Source: a bacterium
GTDB taxonomy: Bacteria > Patescibacteriota > Minisyncoccia > Phycocordibacterales > UBA6899
Assembly (NCBI GenBank): GCA_021851895.1
Contig: JAJZQJ010000004.1
Coordinates: 9,127-73,126, forward strand
Length of the DNA: 64,000 bases
Reading direction: 5' to 3'
Under the pieces are notes generated by a model. The model ran no database searches and was not told the DNA's origin. It saw only the letters and a list, made by a program, of their open reading frames with translations. The translations under genes and the position numbers were made by a program. Of the stretch, positions 28,084-39,175 are shown in pieces; position 1 is the stretch's first letter, and every line of letters starts with the position of its first letter.

Positions 28084-28421
28084 TGAGAGCACCTGAAATA
28101 TGTTTAACTCCTACTAAGAAACGCAACTTGCACGGACGTCTTAAACAGACATCTGCGCGCAAAGCGCTTTTTTATTCGGAAAACGATTCGGGTACGAACA
28201 TTGAAAATTGAATCCACTGATGATTGTGAGGAGATGAGTAATCGACTTGCGTGAATCATACAGTGTAACAAAAGGTGTAATCATTGAGCAACACTCTGAG
28301 AAGCACTCTTCTATTAAGAATTTTCTCGAAAGAGAGGTCTTTTCGTCGGAAGAGCAGCGAAGAACAGAGAAAAGTAGATCGTGTAGTACACGATCCACTC
28401 GAATATGTTGCGGTTATGGTT

Positions 28422-31400
<2,979 letters not shown>

Positions 31401-31513
31401 AGTCAGTTGACGACTTATGTTCTGAAACACGCAACATGTTCGACGCAGAAATGCGATAGTTGCTCAATGATTACACTTTTTGTTCAAGGATTCAGTTTAC
31501 TGATCCATTGTTT

Positions 31514-31638
31514 GCATTGATAGAGGTGGCTCGACGTTGTGGACCCACCCGGTCTCATTCCGAACCCGGAAGTGAAACATGATAGTGCCGATGATACTCC
31601 TCAGAAGGGGGAAAAGTAGGTAGCTGCCTCGATCAATG
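31514..31638 (+). rRNA. rrf: 5S ribosomal RNA
   Basis: ccggaagtgaaacatgatagtgccgatg... typical 5S; terminal helix cattgatagaggtggc / gctgcctcgatcaatg. Confidence 0.8.
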
Positions 31639-32290
31639 TAAAGAATGTAGAAAAACACCAGCGATGGTGTTTTTCTTTTTTTGGAGAAAATTCTAAATGC
31701 TTGGTCTCTTCCTTGCGGAAGAGTCATTGATTATTCAGAAGGGGTCAAAGTAAGAACGCCCCTTCGGGGACCAGGGCGTTCTTGCCCGACAAGGTGTCGC
31801 CACTGCGACGCTGTTCAACTCAAGCCGTCGCTCCGCTCCGTCTCTCACGGGTAGGTACGCTGCCTCGATCAATGCAAAGAATAAAGAAGCACCCGAAAGG
31901 GTGTTTTTCTTTATATATTCAATTCTCGATGCGCGGTCTCTCCCCTTTGGGGAGAGTCATTGATTTGTCCGGAAGTGAAACATGATAAGAACGCCGCCGA
32001 GGACGGCGGACCAGGGCGTTCTTGCCCGACAAGGAGCGGCCACCGCCGCCCACTTCAACTCACGCCTCAGCTGCGCTGAGTCGCTCACGGGTAAGCCGAT
32101 GATACATAAATACATCTGTTTACCACGGGTAGGAACGCTGCCTCGATCAATGCAAAGAATAGAAATAAAACACCAGTAATGGTGTTTTTTGATAATCCCT
32201 CAATGCTCGATTTCTTCCTTGCGGAAGAGTCAGAAATTTTTTTCGAAGAGGTATGAAAAGAGACGTTTAGGACGAACATCATAAACGTCC
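31611..32290 (+). repeat. about 2.7 degenerate tandem repeats of ~240 nt, each = 5S 3'-end-like segment + terminator hairpin + structured hairpins
   Basis: gtaggta.gctgcctcgatcaatg.aaagaat recurs at 31614, 31851, 32130; unit 2 also repeats 5S-internal ggaagtgaaacatgata. Confidence 0.75.
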
Positions 32291-32315
32291 TTTTGCCAAA
32301 ATAGTGAGACAGAGC

Positions 32316-32343
32316 TTGACATTTTGTCAGCTTGAATTAATAT
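32316..32343 (+). promoter_or_regulatory. promoter TTGACA-16-TAATAT upstream of the tRNA-like RNA; a degenerate copy of the same motif at 32494-32516
   Basis: hexamers read from sequence. Confidence 0.45.
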
Positions 32344-32377
32344 TATGAAGCTCCGTTCTTTCCGAGTACATCCCCAG

Positions 32378-32442
32378 GGGGCCGTCAGGCCGACGTTTGC
32401 GCTGTGCTCAAACGCATGGGTTCGATCCCATCGGCCCCGCCA
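32378..32442 (+). ncRNA. tRNA-like small RNA (acceptor stem ggggccg/cggcccc + T-arm + encoded GCCA 3' end; non-canonical D/anticodon region) with its own terminator at 32453-32478
   Basis: atgggttcgatcccat T-arm-like, 7-bp acceptor pairing, discriminator G + CCA; only ~31 nt between acceptor and T-arm, T-loop 6 nt. Confidence 0.3.
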
Positions 32443-32556
32443 GGGAACTTTACGCCTCCTCCGGGGGGCTTTTGTTTTGTTACAAATTTGTTATTGACAT
32501 TTTGAATTAATATTGTATCTTGTGTACGTTCAGCTCTTTCCAACAAGGAGGATTCC

Positions 32557-32973
32557 ATGTCACCAGAGGATGAGGTTTGTATGCGTGATCGGGCCTACAT
32601 CGAGAAGATGCTCGGGCTGACGCTCGCGAAACTCGAGCTCGCCATGCGTGGCGTCGTATCGCATAATCTGCTCTCCGCGGAGAGCTGCGTCTCGAGCACG
32701 CTTTTCTGCGCTTTTGATCCGGCGTATCACATGCAGGGGTCGCACGATGACCTCGTCGAGCAGGAACTCGGGAGGGTGCACGCTGCGCTCAGGCAGGCGG
32801 TTGCTTCGTCGAGTGATGAGGCTGCATTTGCTGCTGCGATCCTCGATGCTGCTGTCGTCATCGTTGACGCTGCTGCGGTGCTCCGTGGCGGCACTGCACC
32901 GACGATCTTCGTCGCTGTTCGGACGGATATTGCGATGCAGTACATCGAATTCGCGGCTTTGCAGCCCCTTTAA
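32557..32973 (+). CDS. hypothetical protein
   Basis: RBS aaggaggattccATG; terminator ggacgtttacgc...gcgtaaacgtcc at 32984-33015. Confidence 0.45.
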   Translation: MSPEDEVCMRDRAYIEKMLGLTLAKLELAMRGVVSHNLLSAESCVSSTLFCAFDPAYHMQGSHDDLVEQELGRVHAALRQAVASSSDEAAFAAAILDAAVVIVDAAAVLRGGTAPTIFVAVRTDIAMQYIEFAALQPL

Positions 32974-33180
32974 TCTTCATTTCGGACGTTTACGCTGTTT
33001 GGCGTAAACGTCCTTTTCTTTAGCATACTGCATTGACTTTTCCGTGAAAAACAGTAATATGTAAGTCAACGCTGAAGACAGCAGGTGTCCCGATAAAGGG
33101 GCTTAATCTCCTGCCGAAGTAACCAACTCTACCCCTTTTTGGGGCGGTTGATCTTCTCGTTAAGGTCGATCTTTTTATTA

Positions 33181-33274
33181 GTGAGAAGTAAGAAGTGAGA
33201 AGTGAGAAGAAATTCAATATACCTCAGGGTTCTTGAATTTCCTTCTTTCTTCTTGCTTCTCACTTCTTACTTAT
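33181..33274. repeat. heptamer-built inverted-repeat element, copy 3
   Basis: left arm gtgagaagtaagaagtgagaagtgagaag, right arm cttctttcttcttgcttctcacttcttac; immediately upstream of rplJ. Confidence 0.8.
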
Positions 33275-33281
33275 TACATAT

Positions 33282-33770
33282 ATGGCAATCACAAAGCAGA
33301 AGAAGGCAGAGATCACAGAGAAACTTTCTCTCGGTCTCTCATCAGCAGCAGGCGCAGCATTCGTCTCCGCTCGCGGTATCACCGCAAACGAAATGAATAC
33401 GCTTCGCCGTGAGCTTCGCGAGAAGGGAGTCAAGTATGCCGTTGCGAAGAAGTCGCTCATGAAGCGCGCATTCGCAGAGCGCGGTATCACTGGAACCCTT
33501 CCTGAGCTTCCAGGTGAGGTTGCAATCGCATGGTCAGCAGACCCGATCGCAGCATCAAAGGGGGTCTACGAGTTCGCGAAGGCAAACAAGGAGCGCATGC
33601 AGCTCGTCGGAGGAATCTACGAGGGCGCGTTCATGTCGAAGGAGGAGATCATGCAGCTCGCACTCGTTCCATCATACAAGGAACTCCAGGGCAAGTTCGC
33701 TGGTGTACTCAGTGCGGTCGTCACGAAGTTCGTTCGTGTAGTCGACGCAAAGGCAGCAAAGGGCGAATAA
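33282..33770 (+). CDS. rplJ: 50S ribosomal protein L10
   Basis: MAITKQKKAEITEKL...FVSARGITANEMNTLRRELREKGVKYAVAKKSL. Confidence 0.85.
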   Translation: MAITKQKKAEITEKLSLGLSSAAGAAFVSARGITANEMNTLRRELREKGVKYAVAKKSLMKRAFAERGITGTLPELPGEVAIAWSADPIAASKGVYEFAKANKERMQLVGGIYEGAFMSKEEIMQLALVPSYKELQGKFAGVLSAVVTKFVRVVDAKAAKGE

Positions 33771-33829
33771 TTTTCTCTCGAAGAATATTTGCAAAGAATT
33801 TATTTTAGTTTCATTTAATTCATAAAAAC

Positions 33830-34225
33830 ATGGAAGAGAAGTCAACAGTTGAGGTTCCTGCAAAGTTTGCAGCAATCGTCACCGCAGTTGAGAAGCTCAC
33901 GCTTCTCGAACTCAATGAGCTCGTAAAGCTCCTCGAGGCAAAGTGGGAGGTATCAGCAGCAGCAGTCGCAGTTGTAGGTCCTGCAGCAGCAGGCGCAGCA
34001 GCAGCGGAGGAGAAGACATCATTTGATGTTGAGCTCGCAGCAGCAGGTGCAACCCCAGTTCAGGTCATCAAGGCGATCAAGGAGGTGCTTGGTCTCGGAC
34101 TCAAGGAGGCTAAGGACATCGTCGATGCAGCACCAGCAATGGTGAAGCAGGGCCTCAAGAAGGAGGAGGCAGATGCACTCAAGGCGAAGATCGAGGCAGC
34201 AGGTGGATCTGTAACGCTTAAGTAA
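33830..34225 (+). CDS. rplL: 50S ribosomal protein L7/L12
   Basis: Ala-rich hinge then [24 protein letters not shown]...KIEAAGG. Confidence 0.9.
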   Translation: MEEKSTVEVPAKFAAIVTAVEKLTLLELNELVKLLEAKWEVSAAAVAVVGPAAAGAAAAEEKTSFDVELAAAGATPVQVIKAIKEVLGLGLKEAKDIVDAAPAMVKQGLKKEEADALKAKIEAAGGSVTLK

Positions 34226-34232
34226 TACAAAT

Positions 34233-34262
34233 AAAAAAGACCCCTTGGGTCTTTTTTATTTG
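34233..34262 (+). terminator. rho-independent terminator
   Basis: aaaaaagaccccttgggtcttttttatttg. Confidence 0.75.
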
Positions 34263-34294
34263 CATAACTTAAGCTCGACTGCATAGTGGCGGCC

Positions 34295-34548
34295 GCGGTC
34301 TTTTTCGCGGGGAAGGGTTCAGGCTTCGCTATCGCGGTACCATTGTACCGCTTCAAGCTCCAGCCAACCCTTCGCCGCGAAAAATCCGCGCGGTTTCATG
34401 ATGTAGATTGTGTTAGGATATAACGCTCCAGCCAAGCCGCCGCAGACAAAAATCCTCAGTGTTTCATAGTGTGACATATGTATAATAGTGTCATTCGTCG
34501 TCAAGCTCCAGCCAACCCTTCGCCACGAAAATCCCACGCGGTTTCATG
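34295..34548 (+). repeat. long-hairpin repeat copy B plus two partial tandem copies of its 3' module
   Basis: aagctccagccaacccttcgccgcgaaaaatccgcgcggtttcatg (34352-34400) repeated at 34501-34548 and degenerate at 34425-34468. Confidence 0.75.
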
Positions 34549-34634
34549 GCGTTGCATTTGTCAAAATTCCTCGCTATACATGGAGATTATCAGGTTTCAG
34601 TGGCTGTAAGCAAAGTCTCTGGTATACTATCATC

Positions 34635-35165
34635 ATGAAAGCGTCGAACGAAAAAGGTTTTACACTGATCGAACTTCTGGTTGTCATTGCGATCATCGGA
34701 TTGCTTTCGAGCGTCATCGTCGCTACGTTGTCTACGGCGCGAGCGAAGTCAAGAGATGCGCGTCGCATAAGTGACATACGAGAGATTCAGAAAGCCCTCG
34801 AGCTTTATGCGGACGATCATGGTGGACTCTATCCGACTTCAGCGAGCTTTGCGGATTATACGGAGGACGCAGGAGCGCTTGGTGCGAAGAAATATGTCAC
34901 AAGTAGGATGACTGAGTGGGATACAGTCTTTGCGCCACTAATTGCGGCATATATGAAGACAGTACCGAAAGACCCACTCAATGACCCTTGGCCCTATGTC
35001 TATTATTATCTTCCTGAAGGTCATGTCGCGTGTACATCCTCTGGTGTTATTGATGGCATGACGCGATATACATTGGTATTCTCGACAGAAGTAAGCAATT
35101 TCGATCTTCAGCAGATCTCCGCAGGGCAGGGAGGATCACAGGCGCGCTATTGTATGACGCCATAA
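34635..35165 (+). CDS. type IV pilin-like protein; paralog of 11811..12347
   Basis: MKASNEKGFTLIELLVVIAIIGLL...; ends RYCMTP; TATACT 6 nt upstream of ATG. Confidence 0.8.
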   Translation: MKASNEKGFTLIELLVVIAIIGLLSSVIVATLSTARAKSRDARRISDIREIQKALELYADDHGGLYPTSASFADYTEDAGALGAKKYVTSRMTEWDTVFAPLIAAYMKTVPKDPLNDPWPYVYYYLPEGHVACTSSGVIDGMTRYTLVFSTEVSNFDLQQISAGQGGSQARYCMTP

Positions 35166-35231
35166 TGAGTAAACGAGTATAGCGCTCGTTTTTCATTTGT
35201 ATGCAGGGGGAAACAATGGTATAACTTTTCT

Positions 35232-36686
35232 ATGTCAGACGATAAAGCAGTCTATATTACTACGACGCTCCCTTATGTGAATGCCGCGCCGCATGTCGGT
35301 TTTGCCATGGAGATCATCCGTGCCGATAGCCTTGCGCGCTATTACCGTTCACTTGGAAAAGAGGTATTTCTCAATACTGGAACCGATGAGCATGGAGCAA
35401 AGATCCACGAGGCTGCAATGGCAGAAGGTATTTCTCCTCAAGAGTACACAGACAAGCTCGCAGTACGTTTTAAGGACCTTGCACCCGCGCTTAATCTCAA
35501 GATCGACAATTTCATTCGCACGACGGATGCACATCATGTCGCTGCTGCTCAGGAATTTTGGAAGCTTTGTGCGAAGAAGGGCGATATCTACAAGAAGCAG
35601 TACTCCGTGAAGTATTGTGTGGGCTGTGAGCTTGAGAAGACGGATTCAGAACTTGTCGATGGTCGCTGTGCGATCCATCCGAATCGTGAGATCGAGCTGC
35701 GCGATGAGGAAAACTATTTCTTCAAATTCTCAAACTACGAGAAGCCGCTGCTCGCCTTCTATGAAGCGCACCCAGATTTCGTCATTCCGGATTTCCGTTT
35801 CAATGAGATGCGTGCATTCGTCGGAAATGGTTTGCAGGATTTCTCGATCTCACGTCTTGCAACAAAGATGCCTTGGGGTGTTCCCGTTCCTGGCGACGAA
35901 GAGCATGTCATGTATGTGTGGTTCGATGCGCTCGTAAACTATATCTCCGCGATCGGATGGCCGACGGATATGTCGCAGTTCAATAAGCTTTGGCCAGTTA
36001 TCCAATATTGCGGCAAGGACAACAATCGTCAGCAGTCCGCGATGTGGCAAGCAATGCTCATGAGTGCCGGAATCGAGAATTCGAAGCATATCATCATCAA
36101 CGGTTTCATCGTTTCGGGTGGGCAGAAGATGAGTAAGTCCCTCGGTAATGTCATCAGTCCATTCGATGTGATCGAACGCTATAAGCCACTCACTCCGTTC
36201 CCTGAGGACGTGCTCCGTTTCGTACTCCTTCACGATATTCCATCATTTGAAGATGGTGATATGACGATGGAGTCGATCGCGATTTCGTATGCGGCAAATT
36301 TGCAGAATGGTATCGGCAATCTCACTAATCGCATCATGAAGATGGCGACAACCTATGGCGCAAATGCTTCATTCGAAGAGCTTGATGGAGCAACCGCTAC
36401 CGTAGAACTTTCACTTATGATGGAGTCATTTGATCTACAGAAGGGGATCGGTGCGGTCGTTGAACGTATGCGTGAGCTCGATCGTACCATTCAGTCGACA
36501 GAGCCATTCAAGAAGATCAAGGTAGAACCCGAGGAGGCAAAGCGTGATGTCCATGCGATGCTCATCGAGCTTTATGCAATCGGTCGTGACCTCGCGGTCT
36601 TCCTCCCGCGCACCGGCGAGGCAGTCATGAATTTCGTTAAAGAAAACAAGATGCCCGAGACTCCGCTCTTTGCGCGAGTGGGTTGA
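35232..36686 (+). CDS. metG: methionyl-tRNA synthetase, short form
   Basis: LPYVNAAPHVGF (HIGH-type), KMSKSLGN, Zn-knuckle CVGCELEK...CAIHPN; collinear with MetRS catalytic core. Confidence 0.8.
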   Translation: MSDDKAVYITTTLPYVNAAPHVGFAMEIIRADSLARYYRSLGKEVFLNTGTDEHGAKIHEAAMAEGISPQEYTDKLAVRFKDLAPALNLKIDNFIRTTDAHHVAAAQEFWKLCAKKGDIYKKQYSVKYCVGCELEKTDSELVDGRCAIHPNREIELRDEENYFFKFSNYEKPLLAFYEAHPDFVIPDFRFNEMRAFVGNGLQDFSISRLATKMPWGVPVPGDEEHVMYVWFDALVNYISAIGWPTDMSQFNKLWPVIQYCGKDNNRQQSAMWQAMLMSAGIENSKHIIINGFIVSGGQKMSKSLGNVISPFDVIERYKPLTPFPEDVLRFVLLHDIPSFEDGDMTMESIAISYAANLQNGIGNLTNRIMKMATTYGANASFEELDGATATVELSLMMESFDLQKGIGAVVERMRELDRTIQSTEPFKKIKVEPEEAKRDVHAMLIELYAIGRDLAVFLPRTGEAVMNFVKENKMPETPLFARVG

Positions 36687-36692
36687 TGGAAG

Positions 36693-36730
36693 ATACAAAC
36701 ATAAAAACCTGTGCCTTGGCACAGGTTTTG
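36693..36730. terminator. bidirectional terminator
   Basis: aaaaacctgtgccttggcacaggttttg. Confidence 0.7.
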
Positions 36731-36732
36731 CG

Positions 36733-37119
36733 TTATCGAGATGGTTTGAAGTAGAACTTTTTGCAGGACATGCAGAACAGCCCTGTGAATGATCTCCCTT
36801 GGATCACCGCTTGGTTGCAGTGAGGGCAGAAGGGTTTCTGCACGATTTCTGGCACATGCTCAGGCGTCTTGCCGCAGAGCTCACAGACGCCATCTTCTGT
36901 GAGCATCCCAGCGCATTCGGGGGTAGCGTGCTGCGCTTTGAACTGTACTGGTTCGAGGTGGTGGCACTCCTTGAGGTGTTCATCCATGTAGCCGAAAATG
37001 ATCGCGGTGCCACAGAGCACACATTTCCCGCTGCAGCATGGCGCGCAGTGGCGCACCATGGAATTACTATGGCAATCACAAGAACAAGCATGCATGCATC
37101 CCATAGGACATCCTTTCAA
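36733..37119 (-). CDS. cysteine-rich protein with multiple CxxC zinc-ribbon motifs
   Basis: about 20 Cys in 128 aa incl. CPMGC, CSCDC, CAPCC, CVLCG, CELCG, CPHC, CMSC; preferred over the overlapping + ORF. Confidence 0.45.
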   Translation of the reverse strand: MKGCPMGCMHACSCDCHSNSMVRHCAPCCSGKCVLCGTAIIFGYMDEHLKECHHLEPVQFKAQHATPECAGMLTEDGVCELCGKTPEHVPEIVQKPFCPHCNQAVIQGRSFTGLFCMSCKKFYFKPSR

Positions 37120-37241
37120 TGGGAGGTTTTTCTCCCCCTATACAAGCATGTATTCACAAAAAAGAAAAGCAGAAATAACGACTTGCTCGAGGTTTTCTTA
37201 TGGAGTATAGTTGCCAAAGACACGTTCATTTGGAGGCGTAA

Positions 37242-37613
37242 TTGTCCGGAGAGGCGAAGTTGCCCGGTATCCATTATGTCGAATTCAAGCGCCATCGTGA
37301 CCTTGAGCGCGCTCGGCTAGAGTCGCTTGAGGGGATCGGGGATGACAAGGGGCGTCGAGATCAGTTAGATCAGTATTGGCTCCAGGTGCAGCATGCAATG
37401 GCGGTCAATGTGTTGTGGAAGAGAAGGATCTTCATTCGCGACGCCTTCTCTGCTGATGGAGCGAGGGTGATGGGTAATTTCTTCGTCAAAGGAGTTGAGG
37501 TTTCACCCTCTGTTGGAAGAGGACTCGTGCTCCTCCAGCTGACGCAAGCGCTTCCCAATGAGCCCTTTACGGTTTCCGTTCGTCTCGAGACGTTCATTAT
37601 GTGCACGTCGTGA
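37242..37613 (+). CDS. hypothetical protein (weakly supported)
   Basis: ORF only. Confidence 0.3.
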   Translation: MSGEAKLPGIHYVEFKRHRDLERARLESLEGIGDDKGRRDQLDQYWLQVQHAMAVNVLWKRRIFIRDAFSADGARVMGNFFVKGVEVSPSVGRGLVLLQLTQALPNEPFTVSVRLETFIMCTS

Positions 37614-37628
37614 GGTCTTTCAATTGAT

Positions 37629-37656
37629 TTGACAAGGCATGCCGCTGCGCTAGTAT
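37629..37656 (+). promoter_or_regulatory. promoter TTGACA-16-TAGTAT
   Basis: consensus hexamers ~25 nt upstream of ggag RBS. Confidence 0.5.
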
Positions 37657-37683
37657 CGAAGCAGTCTTTCATTGGAGTCCTTT

Positions 37684-38055
37684 ATGGGTCGCAATACATC
37701 GGTTCGTACCGAGTTCAACTGGCACAAGCCGCAGCACCATCTCGCGTATGCTATCGCCTCTTCCGAGCGGAGTCGACTCGCTTTCCATGAATGCATGGAA
37801 ATGCTCGACATGATCCTCGCGCATGCTGAGGAGGAACTCCTCCATTATGCGCTCCTCGACATCGTTTCTGCGGCGCTTCCGGACGAGATGGGCTTCACGG
37901 GCCCTTTCAACGTGACGAAGGTGCGCATGCCCACCGCCGATGAATTCGATGGCGGAGCGCTTCTCGTGCTCATTGGGTATGCGCAAGACACGCCGCTTAC
38001 TGGCGAGCTCTCGATCTTCATCACTGAGCACACGGTTATTCGCTTCCAGCACTAA
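37684..38055 (+). CDS. hypothetical protein
   Basis: promoter + ggag RBS + downstream terminator aaacatgcttccgagcatgttttttt all in + orientation; chosen over the same-size minus-strand ORF. Confidence 0.45.
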   Translation: MGRNTSVRTEFNWHKPQHHLAYAIASSERSRLAFHECMEMLDMILAHAEEELLHYALLDIVSAALPDEMGFTGPFNVTKVRMPTADEFDGGALLVLIGYAQDTPLTGELSIFITEHTVIRFQH

Positions 38056-38108
38056 AGATCAAACATGCTTCCGAGCATGTTTTTTTAATTTTCTTCTTAT
38101 TCGGTATG

Positions 38109-38133
38109 AAAAAGCACGCAGTGCGTGCTTTTG
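38109..38133. terminator. bidirectional terminator
   Basis: aaaagcacgcagtgcgtgctttt. Confidence 0.65.
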
Positions 38134-38141
38134 AATTTGGA

Positions 38142-38750
38142 TCAGTGAAGATGGGAAAGTGCACGGCGAATGTCACCGATCGTTTGCAGGCCTGTCGGGA
38201 TGATGACGCGGAGGCCACAATCCGCGCAGAAGAGTACATCCTTGAAACGTGATGTGCGCTTCCTTGCGATCCTTCCTTCGCAGTAGCGGTGCTCGAATCG
38301 GCCCGCTTCGAATTTCACGCTGTCGGCGGTGTGATCATAGTGACGGCGACGTGCTGACTCTACGAGATATTCATCATCTCTCGTTAGCTTTATGGGCTTG
38401 AAAGCAAAGCCGTGTTTCTCGAGGTATTCGATGACGATATCGAGATGATCCGGAGCACCGAATTGCTCCTCGTTCGCCTGGACAAACCAGAGCAGTTTTC
38501 CTATCCACTCTTCCGCATCGCGATAGCGTCTTCCGTTCTCGTCGGTAATTTCGCAGAAGACAGCTGTCTGCAAACCGACTTCCTCTGTGACGAAGACGAT
38601 ATTGCCGAAATCGATGAGGGCATCTGAGAGTACTTTTTCGAGTACTTTACGATCGGATTCATTGAGTTCTCGGTAGCGCTCTTTCGTATACTTCTCACTT
38701 ATATCAGTAAGCCGCTTCGCGGTTTGCGTGAGGTATTCCTTGCTGCGCAT
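38142..38750 (-). CDS. hypothetical protein
   Basis: ORF with terminator; C-terminal C..C..CxxC cluster. Confidence 0.5.
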   Translation of the reverse strand: MRSKEYLTQTAKRLTDISEKYTKERYRELNESDRKVLEKVLSDALIDFGNIVFVTEEVGLQTAVFCEITDENGRRYRDAEEWIGKLLWFVQANEEQFGAPDHLDIVIEYLEKHGFAFKPIKLTRDDEYLVESARRRHYDHTADSVKFEAGRFEHRYCEGRIARKRTSRFKDVLFCADCGLRVIIPTGLQTIGDIRRALSHLH

Positions 38751-38829
38751 GATTCCTCCGGTTGGTGGTCATCTTATTCCATACTATGTGTGTTTCCTAT
38801 TGTGTCAATTCTGGATTTTATGGTTCCGC

Positions 38830-38886
38830 TTGACTCTCAAAAGGGTTGGTGTATTATACCTAGTACCTGGGTAGGGGGTACCTACG
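38830..38886 (+). promoter_or_regulatory. promoter TTGACT-17-TATTAT plus GC-rich pseudo-palindrome tacctgggtagggggtacctac (candidate CsoR operator)
   Basis: hexamers; operator resembles the TACC...GGGGGTA type bound by CsoR-family repressors. Confidence 0.45.
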
Positions 38887-38895
38887 CTCAAACAT

Positions 38896-39174
38896 ATGCA
38901 CAACCATGGACACACCTGCACGCCCGACAAGTCGCGTGCGCTCAAATTAGCAAAACAGGCAGAGGGAACGCTCCGCAAGGTCATTACGATGATCGAGGAG
39001 GATGTCTACTGTCCTGAGATCATTCAGCAGGCAGATAGTGCGATGGGTCTTTTGCGTACGATGCGCAAGGATCTCCTCGCGGGGCACTTGGATAGCTGCG
39101 CATTCGAACGCCTCAAGGAAAACAAGAAAGAGGCGATCGATGAACTGATGAAGATCTATAATCTCAATAGTTAA
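38896..39174 (+). CDS. csoR: CsoR/RcnR-family metal-sensing transcriptional repressor (Cu-type C-H-C ligand set)
   Basis: ...[20 protein letters not shown]...GHLDSC, 92 aa, directly upstream of the Cu-ATPase gene. Confidence 0.75.
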   Translation: MHNHGHTCTPDKSRALKLAKQAEGTLRKVITMIEEDVYCPEIIQQADSAMGLLRTMRKDLLAGHLDSCAFERLKENKKEAIDELMKIYNLNS

Positions 39175-39175
39175 T

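Noticed and set aside
32378-32442. tRNA-like RNA interpreted as tmRNA or a canonical tRNA
   Set aside because: A genuine tmRNA is at 62040-62428. The tRNA-like sequence lacks a D-arm and has a 6-nt T-loop, so a canonical tRNA call is not supported. It is kept only as a low-confidence ncRNA.
36799-37320. 173-aa + strand ORF overlapping the Cys-rich minus gene
   Set aside because: No RBS or promoter, and composition typical of antisense of a GC-rich gene. The minus ORF has regular CxxC spacing unlikely by chance.
37669-38052. 127-aa minus-strand ORF exactly mirroring 37684..38055 (+)
   Set aside because: Promoter (TTGACA-16-TAGTAT), ggag RBS and the hairpin+T-run terminator are all oriented for the + strand. 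The call remains moderate-confidence.
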